Assembly: GCA_963693095.2 (NCBI GenBank)
Contig: OY843768.1
Coordinates: 1,184,001-1,248,000, forward strand
Origin: Cenarchaeum sp.
Lineage (GTDB): Archaea; Thermoproteota; Nitrososphaeria; Nitrososphaerales; Nitrosopumilaceae
Direction: 5' to 3'
Length of the DNA: 64,000 bases
A program made the translations under genes and the position numbers. Shown one piece after another: positions 20,137 through 28,680 of this stretch (position 1 is its first letter; every line of letters starts with the position of its first letter). The notes under the pieces were generated by a model that ran no database searches, had not been told where the DNA came from, and saw nothing but the letters and a program-made list of their open reading frames with translations.

Positions 20137-20953
20137 TAGCGGGATATTCGCCCCACAGGGGCAATGCCGCAGCGTGGCCGATCAGGCAAACGTGCTTGTG
20201 AACCTGCGGGCGATCAAGCGCAATGGCCGGATGCACAACCTGCTCTGCCTTTTGCATCTCGCAAACGAGCACTCTTGGGGGCCAAGTGTGGTCATATCTC
20301 CGGGGGACGTGCGAAATTTTAGGAATTTTCGCGGTCTAGCGCACTCGACGAGCCTAGTGGACGTAAGGCTGTGCGCCACGGAGGGTGCGGCCCCATACGG
20401 GTTTACGCGCCTCACGGACACGCGTGGAGACGGGATTGTCGCATCAGACACAGGCGGGCGATTTGTCTGCATGCGGCTCACAACCATCGGGCGCTGGATG
20501 GCATTTGGCCTGTTGTGGGACATGAGCCCATTTGCGATGTGTGTGGCAGCAGTAATCAACGTGGCCATTACGCAAAGTGGGAAAAACTGGACAATCTGCA
20601 AGGACTCTTGCACGTGCCATGGCACACGGATAATCGGAGTGCATGAAAAGAGAAACTGGAACCCGAGCCCGTTAACGGCACTAATGTGCTCACGAAAGTT
20701 TCCCGAATGCAGCAAAACCAAGATTATGCGCGCGCTGAGGGAACTTGAGAATTGCGGGATGATCACAATTAGCAAGAAAATGCGCTGCGCCATCATAAGG
20801 TCAAACCCCGATCATCCCCTATTGTCCTGCCATGCGCACATACTTGCCAGGCTAGCAACGGTCATTAACGACCAGGACACCCTAGAGAACGCAACACGGC
20901 ACGTAAAGTTTGTGCAGCCGACGCCGAGGAGATCGAGTTGTCAGAGATCATAG
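20105..20953 (+). CDS. Hypothetical protein with C-terminal winged-helix-like segment
   Basis: SKTKIMRALRELENCGMITI; coupled between neighbours; start uncertain. Confidence 0.45.
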   Translation: MSAFFPQRTFDSGIFAPQGQCRSVADQANVLVNLRAIKRNGRMHNLLCLLHLANEHSWGPSVVISPGDVRNFRNFRGLAHSTSLVDVRLCATEGAAPYGFTRLTDTRGDGIVASDTGGRFVCMRLTTIGRWMAFGLLWDMSPFAMCVAAVINVAITQSGKNWTICKDSCTCHGTRIIGVHEKRNWNPSPLTALMCSRKFPECSKTKIMRALRELENCGMITISKKMRCAIIRSNPDHPLLSCHAHILARLATVINDQDTLENATRHVKFVQPTPRRSSCQRS

Positions 20954-21615
20954 CCGATGCGGCAGGTGCCATCCTGTCAGCCGGAATGGTCGGCTCGGCA
21001 GCATGGTTTGACCTGCGCGAAAGGGGCATCCCGTACGGCATGTTAGCAGTCATCGGCATTGCGGCGGCAGTGTTTATGGCAGTCCGATGGATCGCGCTAG
21101 GCATGTGGCCATCAGGCCATGACATTGTGTGGATGGCCATCGCGTGTGCCGTGTCCCTCACAATGCTCTTTCGCGGCACGCTAGTTGCGCGTGGCGACGC
21201 GCTGATGATCATGATAACAGGCACACTAGTTCCGAGCATAGTCGGGATTCCGGCCCTTCCCATGGCAATGGGAATCGCCCTAGGAGTGGCCATCGTGGCG
21301 CACATTGCAGGCACCATAGTGCCAAACTTGGCAGAGCTAGCGCGAACCGGCCGCGTGTTTGCTGGTGTGGACGAGTCGGCGATCCGCAAGGCCGCAGCGT
21401 TTCTTGTGGTGCACAGGAGAAGGAGCGGCGAGAGGTTTTGCTTTGCGGCCGAGGCGACTAGTGGCGGGCGCAGGAGGCTCGTGCTCCTGCCCGGCTCCCT
21501 CGATGACGCCGACATTGGCGCGCAGACCGTGTACGTGATCTCCGCAATACCGTTCATGGTTCCGTATCTTGTCGGCGCAATCGCCGTCGCCGCGCTCGCC
21601 ATTGTCGCCATTTGA
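20938..21615 (+). CDS. Prepilin/prearchaellin peptidase (A24, PibD/FlaK-like)
   Basis: Multi-TM; WFDLRERGIP (first Asp), RGDAL (second Asp), C-terminal IPFMVPYL. Confidence 0.8.
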   Translation: MSEIIADAAGAILSAGMVGSAAWFDLRERGIPYGMLAVIGIAAAVFMAVRWIALGMWPSGHDIVWMAIACAVSLTMLFRGTLVARGDALMIMITGTLVPSIVGIPALPMAMGIALGVAIVAHIAGTIVPNLAELARTGRVFAGVDESAIRKAAAFLVVHRRRSGERFCFAAEATSGGRRRLVLLPGSLDDADIGAQTVYVISAIPFMVPYLVGAIAVAALAIVAI

Positions 21616-22617
21616 GTCAGTGCAATTTAGCTCATGCGCAGTGGTGAGTATTAGCTCGAGCACGTCACCTACCCTGTCTAGCACGGCCATTGCGAGTCGA
21701 AGCACTGCGCGATCATCAGACCCCTTGGTGTACCGGCGAATATAGTCACGCGTGAATGCCCTAGTGGATCCCGTGCCATACATCTCAGACAGGACACATG
21801 AGGAAAGCTGTGCCACTGCCTCCTGTATTGGATCCTGGCAAGCCTTTAGCCGTTTGCCAGAGCGCGCTAGCACCATATTGTCAGCTGCGTGGCTTATCTC
21901 GTGAAAGAACACTCCTGGGTCTTCGGTTCCCAGGCGTATGACATGCAAGTTTGTGTCATAGCTTCCCATGGTCGTTTCACTGGGATCCACCTGGTAGCGT
22001 ATGGGGATTCCCCATTTTTGGGCCACATTGGAGAGTGGCGGTGCCTGTGCGGGCATGTACTCGGGCAATGATGCGCCCACCGTGTCCTCCACTCGAAACT
22101 CTGGCTGGCAGCCAAACCCCCGAATGGTGCGAGTCACACGGGATTCTGGTTCGCGCCCAATCGCGCCCGGTGAAAGGGAGAGGCCGCACATGCTGCAAAC
22201 AAACTCGCGTGTGGCCTTTTTGTACCAAAGGCGCACCTTGTGCGTCGTCTTGTCAGAACATTTTTTGCACGAGTACGAATATAGCGGCTTTATGATATAG
22301 ATCGCCGATCTGCGCGAAATGATCTTTCTGTCTACACGGTTCCACTGGGAAATGTTGCGCGCGTCAAACGTTCCCTGTCCCACCATAAGAACACGGTTCT
22401 TGAGTGACCATTTCATGCACGGACGATCGTCCTTCGGATCCCCGATAAAGCTGATTTTGCTGATCGTCTCCGTTATTTTGCCGCTCTTGAACTCATCGAC
22501 GATCCTTTGGAGGATAAGGTCAGCGCGTTCGGTGTTGCCCGAGCGCCGTCCACCTGCGCGCGCACTGTTGCGCCGTGCGCCCTTTGCTCCCCTTGCCCCA
22601 TCAGCGATCCCGCTCAC
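21337..22617 (-). CDS. ArdC-like ssDNA-binding/antirestriction protein with zincin domain
   Basis: WSLKNRVLM..Q..ARNISQWNRVDRKI..AIYIIKP, F.VEDTVG, FFHEISH, EAVAQ; GTG start chosen from the promoter motif. Confidence 0.72.
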   Translation of the reverse strand: MSGIADGARGAKGARRNSARAGGRRSGNTERADLILQRIVDEFKSGKITETISKISFIGDPKDDRPCMKWSLKNRVLMVGQGTFDARNISQWNRVDRKIISRRSAIYIIKPLYSYSCKKCSDKTTHKVRLWYKKATREFVCSMCGLSLSPGAIGREPESRVTRTIRGFGCQPEFRVEDTVGASLPEYMPAQAPPLSNVAQKWGIPIRYQVDPSETTMGSYDTNLHVIRLGTEDPGVFFHEISHAADNMVLARSGKRLKACQDPIQEAVAQLSSCVLSEMYGTGSTRAFTRDYIRRYTKGSDDRAVLRLAMAVLDRVGDVLELILTTAHELNCTDSNGDNGERGDGDCADKIRNHERYCGDHVHGLRANVGVIEGAGQEHEPPAPATSRLGRKAKPLAAPSPVHHKKRCGLADRRLVHTSKHAAGSR

Positions 22618-22631
22618 GCCCAAAGAGGGGC

Positions 22632-22645
22632 AATTTTTGATTTAA
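22632..22645 (-). promoter_or_regulatory. Extended TATA motif TTAAATCAAAAATT
   Basis: 14 nt upstream of in-frame GTG 22617 of the ArdC-like gene. Confidence 0.65.
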
Positions 22646-22776
22646 GGAGGCACAGGCCCTGCAGGTCAGGCCGGCCATGAACACGGTCACGGGGCCGGCA
22701 TGGCCAAGCCGCACCGGCCATAGTCGCGCGCCCGTGCGATCAGTTTTATAATTCCCAAATCGGTGTCTGATTCACC

Positions 22777-23808
22777 ATGAAAAAGGGGTCCATTGCAAAA
22801 AGGCTGTGGTCGGGGAGAAGGCGCTCCAAGGAGGATCACGCGTCTGATGAGCGCAAAGTCGAGGAGATCAACGGCAAGAATTTTGTGTGGATAGACCTCC
22901 AGAATCCCGACAGGGAGAACGTCGAAAACCTTGCCTCAAAGTACAAATTTAACACGCTAAACGTGGAGGACTGCCTGACAAAGTTTGAGCTTCCCAAGCT
23001 CGATGCGTATAACGACCACATGTTCCTGATATTGCACTTTCCCCCGCTTGTGGCCAGGCAGGCAATTCCAAAGCACAACCAGCTCTCGATATTTGTGGGA
23101 AAGGACTTTCTCATAACTGTCCACCAGGGAAACCTAAAGCCGCTCGTTGACCTAGTCAAGACGTGCAAGACCGGAATTGATCCTGAAAGGCGAGATCGAC
23201 TCATGTCAAGCTCCACTGCAGTCCTGCTCCATGAGATAATTGACGTGCTAGTTGATGACCTGCTCCATACGCTCAGGCGCGTCATGGCAAATCTTGATGA
23301 CATTGAGGATGATGTCTTTGATGAGAGCAAGTCTGTCGCAAAGAACATCCACGTGTTGAGGCGCGAGATCACCGTACTGCGCAGGATAGCTAGCCCACTA
23401 AAGCGCATAGTGCTCGGCGCGGCCAAGAACATAGCAAGCTATTCGCCAGAGGAGGATCTGACGCTATACTTTGATGACGTGATCGACCACATAGACAAGG
23501 CCATAGACACGCTAGAGGAGTCAAAGGAGACCATGGAGATATACAAGGACACAGACTTTGTGCTAAGCACCGAAAAGGCCAGCAAGGTTCTAGCTGTCCT
23601 GACGATCATATTCACGCTTGCAATACCGGCCACGGTGATAGGAACCTTTTACGGCATGAACGTCAGCCTTCCCGGAGGCATTGGCGATGCGGGCGGAACG
23701 TCCGCTGACGGATCATACAACACGTTCTTTGCCGTCATTCTAGCCTCCATAGTGCCTGCGAGCATCATGTACCTCTACTTTAGAAAGCTCGGATGGATGA
23801 GCGGCTAG
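22777..23808 (+). CDS. corA: CorA Mg2+/Co2+ transporter
   Basis: WIDL, PKLD, two C-terminal TM helices with YGMN. Confidence 0.93.
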   Translation: MKKGSIAKRLWSGRRRSKEDHASDERKVEEINGKNFVWIDLQNPDRENVENLASKYKFNTLNVEDCLTKFELPKLDAYNDHMFLILHFPPLVARQAIPKHNQLSIFVGKDFLITVHQGNLKPLVDLVKTCKTGIDPERRDRLMSSSTAVLLHEIIDVLVDDLLHTLRRVMANLDDIEDDVFDESKSVAKNIHVLRREITVLRRIASPLKRIVLGAAKNIASYSPEEDLTLYFDDVIDHIDKAIDTLEESKETMEIYKDTDFVLSTEKASKVLAVLTIIFTLAIPATVIGTFYGMNVSLPGGIGDAGGTSADGSYNTFFAVILASIVPASIMYLYFRKLGWMSG

Positions 23809-23907
23809 CCGCCGGGGCAGCCTTCCAGGCCAGAGACGCCGTTGCGATCCTCGGGCACAGTCGGGCATTGTGCGCATCTATTCTAGAGGGTTAGTACGTG
23901 TGAACTG

Positions 23908-26694
23908 CTAGCGGTCAGGGCAGCCGTCAAGGTCAGCGACGCCGTCACGATCCTCTGGCGCAGTCGGGCACATGTCAGCCGTGTCCGGTATGCCATCAGA
24001 GTCCGTGTCTAGGGAGTGCCTAGACTGCTCTGGGGTGGTGTCCGGACACCCGTCATGGTCACGGTACTTGTTCCACGTTTCAGGCGCAGCGGGGCAGAGA
24101 TCCACAATATCGGCAATGTTGTCATTGTCAATGTCCGATCTTGACGACTCGAGTGGCCCCTCTGGAATCTCGTCAGGGCAGCCGTCCGAGTCAAGATAGC
24201 CGTTGAACGTCTCAGGCGAGATGATGCACTGGTCGAGCCTGTCGTCGATTCCGTCACTGTCGGTGTCAGGGTACGAATAGCCCGTTCGCTCCGTGACCAC
24301 CGTGTCCGGGCAGCCGTCAGAATCCTCAAACCTGTTGTAGGTCTCGGGCTCTAGGACGCACTCGTCGTCTGCATCAGGCACGCCGTCAGAGTCCGTGTCA
24401 GGCTGCGGAGCCACGCCGTCGGGGCAGCCGTCACCGTCGTCTATGCCGTTGACGGTTTCGCGCACCGTGGGGCACACGTCAGCAACGTCAATTATGCCAT
24501 CACCGTCAGTGTCGGGTATCGAATTTCCGCTTAGGATCACATCTGGGCAGCCGTCATCGTCCTCGTGCATGTTGTACGTCTCAAACTGGTCAGGGCACGC
24601 GTCGGCCGTGTCAGGTATGCCATCACCGTCAGAGTCTAGGGTTGTGGACGGAGAGCGGATAATGATGTCAGGGCAGCCGTCCTGGTCGTAAAACCCGTTG
24701 TATCTCTCGCCGGCAGTGGGGCACTTGTCCTCGTGGTCAGGTATGCCGTCATTGTCAGTGTCAAGCGTTGGCAGTGTGCGCTCGAGCGCCGTGTCCGGGC
24801 AGCCGTCCCAGTCAAGGTAGCCGTTGGTCGTCTCGAGCTCTTCAGGGCACTGGTCACGCACGTCAGGTACGCCATCCCCGTCAGAGTCAGACGGCACGTA
24901 TTCGGTAACCTGCACGATCGAGTCGCCGTCCGGACAGCCGTCGGTGTCGTCTATTGCGTTGTATGTCTCAAATGTTGTGGGACACTCATCAGACACGTCA
25001 TCTATCCCGTCACCGTCAGTGTCCGCAGATATCGCATCAGAGTCCGGACAGCCGTCGGTGTCGAGTATGCCGTTTACCGTCTCGGCCCTAGTGGGGCACG
25101 AGTCCATCGCGTCAAGTATGCCATCACCGTCAGTGTCAGGGGCGACAAACTCGATCTCCACGCCGTCAGGACACCCGTCATCGTCGTTTATCCGGTTGAA
25201 CGTCTCGCGCTCCTCAGGACACTCGTCAACGTGGTCCAGGACGCCGTCAAAGTCAGAGTCCCCGCTGTGCGCAACCTGCGGAATGTCAGGGCAGCCGTCG
25301 CTGTCCATAAACCCGTTGTAGCGCTCCCCGACGCCGGGGCACAGGTCATCGCTGTCAGGCACGCCGTCATAGTCCGAGTCAGGCGCCGTGCTCTGCGTGT
25401 CGTACCCCTCGGTGTCAGGGCAGCCGTCCCAGTCAAGGTATCCGTTGGCGTTCTCTGGCTCGGCGGGGCACTGGTCCCACCTGTCCTCTATGCCGTCATT
25501 GTCCGAGTCGGGGAACTCAAATGTGACCGTGGGAGCCACGACGGCATCAGGGCAGCCGTCGGTATCCTCAAACCTGTTGTACGTCTCGGGCTGCGTCGGG
25601 CACAGGTCATCAGGGTCGATGATGCCATCGGCGTCGCGATCGCCGGCCACGCGATCCGTGTCAGGGCATCCGTCAGTGTCCATGTACCCGTTTACCGTCT
25701 CGGGCGTTATCGGGCACACGTCAACAATGTCAAATATCCCGTCACCGTCAGAGTCCGGCGTGACTGAGCCGATCGTCACTATGTCCGGGCACCCGTCCTC
25801 GTCATCAACCATGTTGTAAACCTCGCGGCTTAGCGGGCAGAGATCCACATTGTCCGGAACGCCGTCACGGTCAATGTCGCCGGTGAGCTCGATGGCGATC
25901 TCGTCGGGACATCCGTCAGAGTCCATGAGCTTGTTAAAGATCTCGCGCTCTTGTGGGCAGTGATCCTCTGTGTCCGGAATGCTGTCATAGTCAGAGTCGA
26001 CGGCGCCTCTTGAGGTGACGCCCGGCCTGTCAACGCAGCCGTCCCAGTCAAGATAGTCGTTGCGGTTCTCGGCCTCCTCGGGGCACTGATCCCACCTGTC
26101 GTCAATCCCGTCACCGTCAGTGTCCGGAAACTCGTATGCGACGCGCGTCTCCTCGACCTCATCAGGGCAGCCGTCAGCATCCATGAACCTGTTGTACGTC
26201 TCCTGCTCAAAGGGGCACAGGTCGACGCTGTCAGGAACCGCATCCTTGTCGTTGTCGGTGATCGGGATATAGTCATCAGGGCAGCCGTCACGATCGAGAA
26301 CTCCGTTTGGAGTCTCAGGCTCGTCAGGGCACGAGTCTAGGCTGTCAATAAACCCGTCACCATCCGAGTCCTCAAGGATCACGCGATCCCTCTCCACGAC
26401 AACATCAGGGCAGCCGTCCTCGTCGAGGTGCCTGTTGTAGCGCTCCTTTACAGTTGGGCAGAGATCCAGGCGATCTTCAATGCCGTCATTGTCCGTGTCG
26501 TACCACGGCACAAAGTCCGACGGGCAGCCGTCGATCTCGCCCACGTTGTCCTCGCGCACGTAGGGGCACTCGTCGATCGAGTTGGGGACGCCATCAGAGT
26601 CGATGTCGATGTCAGGAACCTGCGCCATCGCGCCGGCGGGCAGTGACACTAGCAGCGTCGCGGCCATGGCCATAATCGCCCAATACTTGCCCAT
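23908..26694 (-). CDS. Secreted thrombospondin type 3 (Ca-binding) repeat protein A, ~22 repeats
   Basis: Signal peptide MGKYWAIMAM..AMAQ; repeats DxDxDGxxDxxDxCP..ExxN..DxDGCPD. Confidence 0.88.
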   Translation of the reverse strand: MGKYWAIMAMAATLLVSLPAGAMAQVPDIDIDSDGVPNSIDECPYVREDNVGEIDGCPSDFVPWYDTDNDGIEDRLDLCPTVKERYNRHLDEDGCPDVVVERDRVILEDSDGDGFIDSLDSCPDEPETPNGVLDRDGCPDDYIPITDNDKDAVPDSVDLCPFEQETYNRFMDADGCPDEVEETRVAYEFPDTDGDGIDDRWDQCPEEAENRNDYLDWDGCVDRPGVTSRGAVDSDYDSIPDTEDHCPQEREIFNKLMDSDGCPDEIAIELTGDIDRDGVPDNVDLCPLSREVYNMVDDEDGCPDIVTIGSVTPDSDGDGIFDIVDVCPITPETVNGYMDTDGCPDTDRVAGDRDADGIIDPDDLCPTQPETYNRFEDTDGCPDAVVAPTVTFEFPDSDNDGIEDRWDQCPAEPENANGYLDWDGCPDTEGYDTQSTAPDSDYDGVPDSDDLCPGVGERYNGFMDSDGCPDIPQVAHSGDSDFDGVLDHVDECPEERETFNRINDDDGCPDGVEIEFVAPDTDGDGILDAMDSCPTRAETVNGILDTDGCPDSDAISADTDGDGIDDVSDECPTTFETYNAIDDTDGCPDGDSIVQVTEYVPSDSDGDGVPDVRDQCPEELETTNGYLDWDGCPDTALERTLPTLDTDNDGIPDHEDKCPTAGERYNGFYDQDGCPDIIIRSPSTTLDSDGDGIPDTADACPDQFETYNMHEDDDGCPDVILSGNSIPDTDGDGIIDVADVCPTVRETVNGIDDGDGCPDGVAPQPDTDSDGVPDADDECVLEPETYNRFEDSDGCPDTVVTERTGYSYPDTDSDGIDDRLDQCIISPETFNGYLDSDGCPDEIPEGPLESSRSDIDNDNIADIVDLCPAAPETWNKYRDHDGCPDTTPEQSRHSLDTDSDGIPDTADMCPTAPEDRDGVADLDGCPDR

Positions 26695-26812
26695 TACCAA
26701 CGATCTGCGAATGCGCGTCTTTATTAAACTACGCGGCGAGGCCACGAGAAACGCAGGGGCCGGATGCGGCATGGTGGCACCGGGGCAGGCGGCTCGGGAT
26801 TGCATCACACAG

Positions 26813-28570
26813 CTACCCTACCGGAAACGAGTCTGGGCACCCGTCCATGTCGTCAAACTTGTTCCATGTCTCGGGCTCATTGGGGCACTCATCGTTGGCA
26901 TCACGCAGGCCGTCATTGTCAGAGTCGGCGTGCTCGGCCGAGAGGACGAGCTTGTCAGGGCAGCCGTCAGAATCCATGTACCCGTTGCGCGTCTCGGCAA
27001 GCTCGGGACACGCATCCGAGGCGTCAGGCACGCCGTCATGGTCCGAATCAGGCGGTGGCTGCACGTCAGGGCAGCCGTCAGTGTCAAGGTAGCCATTGTA
27101 CGTCTCGGCGTCAAGGGAGCACTTGTCGATTATGTCCTGTATGCCATCGCCGTCAGCGTCGTTGACGCCTGTTGTGAGCACCACGTCAGGGCAGCCGTCA
27201 GTGTCATCGACCATGTTGAACGTCTCGATCTGCGTCGGGCACTCGTCTAGCGCGTCTGGAATGCCATCGCCATCGGCATCAGGAACCGTTCCCCTGTCTG
27301 GGCAACCGTCAGTGTCGAGTATGCCGTTGATCGTTTCGGGGACTGACGGGCACAGGTCGAGGCGGTCAGGCAGCCCGTCGCCATCAGAGTCCGGGTTTAG
27401 GTCACGCGAGTCGGCGACAAAGTCAGGGCAGCCGTCATCGTCCATGTACCTGTTGTACGTCTCTGGATCCATCGGACACTCGTCCACGGTGTCAAGCACA
27501 CCGTCAGAGTCGGCATCTCCCACGATCGGATCCGAGTCTGGGCAACCGTCAGTGTCGAGGACTCCGTTTATTGTCTCTGGCGTTATGGGACACGTGTCAA
27601 CGGCGTCAAATATGCCGTCGCCATCAGAGTCTGGCGTGTTTAGCCCATATGGCGCAATGTCGGGGCACCCATCGGTGTCATCTACCATGTTGTAGACCTC
27701 TGGTAGCAGGACGCACAAGTCCTCGCTGTCGATTATTCCGTCAAGATCAGTGTCGGCGATTGTGGAGAGAACTAGCATGTCGGGGCAGCCGTCATCGTCA
27801 AGGTAGCGGTTAAAGTTCTCACGCTCCTGCGGACAGACATCCCTGTCGTCTGGAATGCTGTCATAGTCAGAGTCGATTACGCCATTGACCGTGACGCCGG
27901 GCTCGTCCTCACACCCGTCCCAGTCAAGATAGTCGTTGAGGTTTTCGGCCTCATTGGGGCACTGATCCCACCTGTCGTCTATGCCATCGCCGTCGGTGTC
28001 TGGAAACTCGTACGCTGTGCGCTCGGCCTGAACGTCATCGGGGCAGCCGTCAGCGTCCATGAACCGGTTGTACGTCTCCTGCTCAAAGGGGCACAGGTCG
28101 ACGCTGTCAGGAACCGCATCCTCGTCATTGTCGGCGATCGGGATATAGTCATCAGGGCAGCCGTCACGATCGAGCATGCCGTTAAATGTCTCAGGCGACG
28201 TGGGGCACACGTCTAGGATGTCAATGATCCCGTCGCCGTCTGTGTCGACTATGACTGAGCGTCCGGTGCCCGCAACGGTGTCAGGGCAGCCGTCCTCGTC
28301 CATGTACCTGTTATAGTTCTCCTTTACTGCGGGGCAGTTGTCGAGCCTGTCCTCTATGCCGTCAGAGTCTGAGTCATACCACTGGACAAAGTCCGACGGG
28401 CAGCCGTCGATCTCCCCCTCAAAGTCCTCGCGCACGTGTGGGCACTCGTCCATCGCGTTGGGCACGCCATCAGAGTCGATGTCAGTATCGCCATATTGCG
28501 CAAGGGCAGAGGCCGGAGTTGCGACTAGTAGCGTCGAGGCCATGACCATGAACGCCCAATAACTGCGCAT
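26813..28570 (-). CDS. Secreted TSP3-repeat protein B, ~14 repeats
   Basis: Signal peptide MRSYWAFMV..ALAQ; same repeat. Confidence 0.88.
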   Translation of the reverse strand: MRSYWAFMVMASTLLVATPASALAQYGDTDIDSDGVPNAMDECPHVREDFEGEIDGCPSDFVQWYDSDSDGIEDRLDNCPAVKENYNRYMDEDGCPDTVAGTGRSVIVDTDGDGIIDILDVCPTSPETFNGMLDRDGCPDDYIPIADNDEDAVPDSVDLCPFEQETYNRFMDADGCPDDVQAERTAYEFPDTDGDGIDDRWDQCPNEAENLNDYLDWDGCEDEPGVTVNGVIDSDYDSIPDDRDVCPQERENFNRYLDDDGCPDMLVLSTIADTDLDGIIDSEDLCVLLPEVYNMVDDTDGCPDIAPYGLNTPDSDGDGIFDAVDTCPITPETINGVLDTDGCPDSDPIVGDADSDGVLDTVDECPMDPETYNRYMDDDGCPDFVADSRDLNPDSDGDGLPDRLDLCPSVPETINGILDTDGCPDRGTVPDADGDGIPDALDECPTQIETFNMVDDTDGCPDVVLTTGVNDADGDGIQDIIDKCSLDAETYNGYLDTDGCPDVQPPPDSDHDGVPDASDACPELAETRNGYMDSDGCPDKLVLSAEHADSDNDGLRDANDECPNEPETWNKFDDMDGCPDSFPVG

Positions 28571-28680
28571 TACTGTCGATCGCGCAGTATGCGTCTTTAT
28601 TAAACTACGCGGTGGATCCTAGACCGGCACGCCGCACGAATCACGCCCGACAGGCTGATCGCAGGGGTCGTGCCGGAGGC

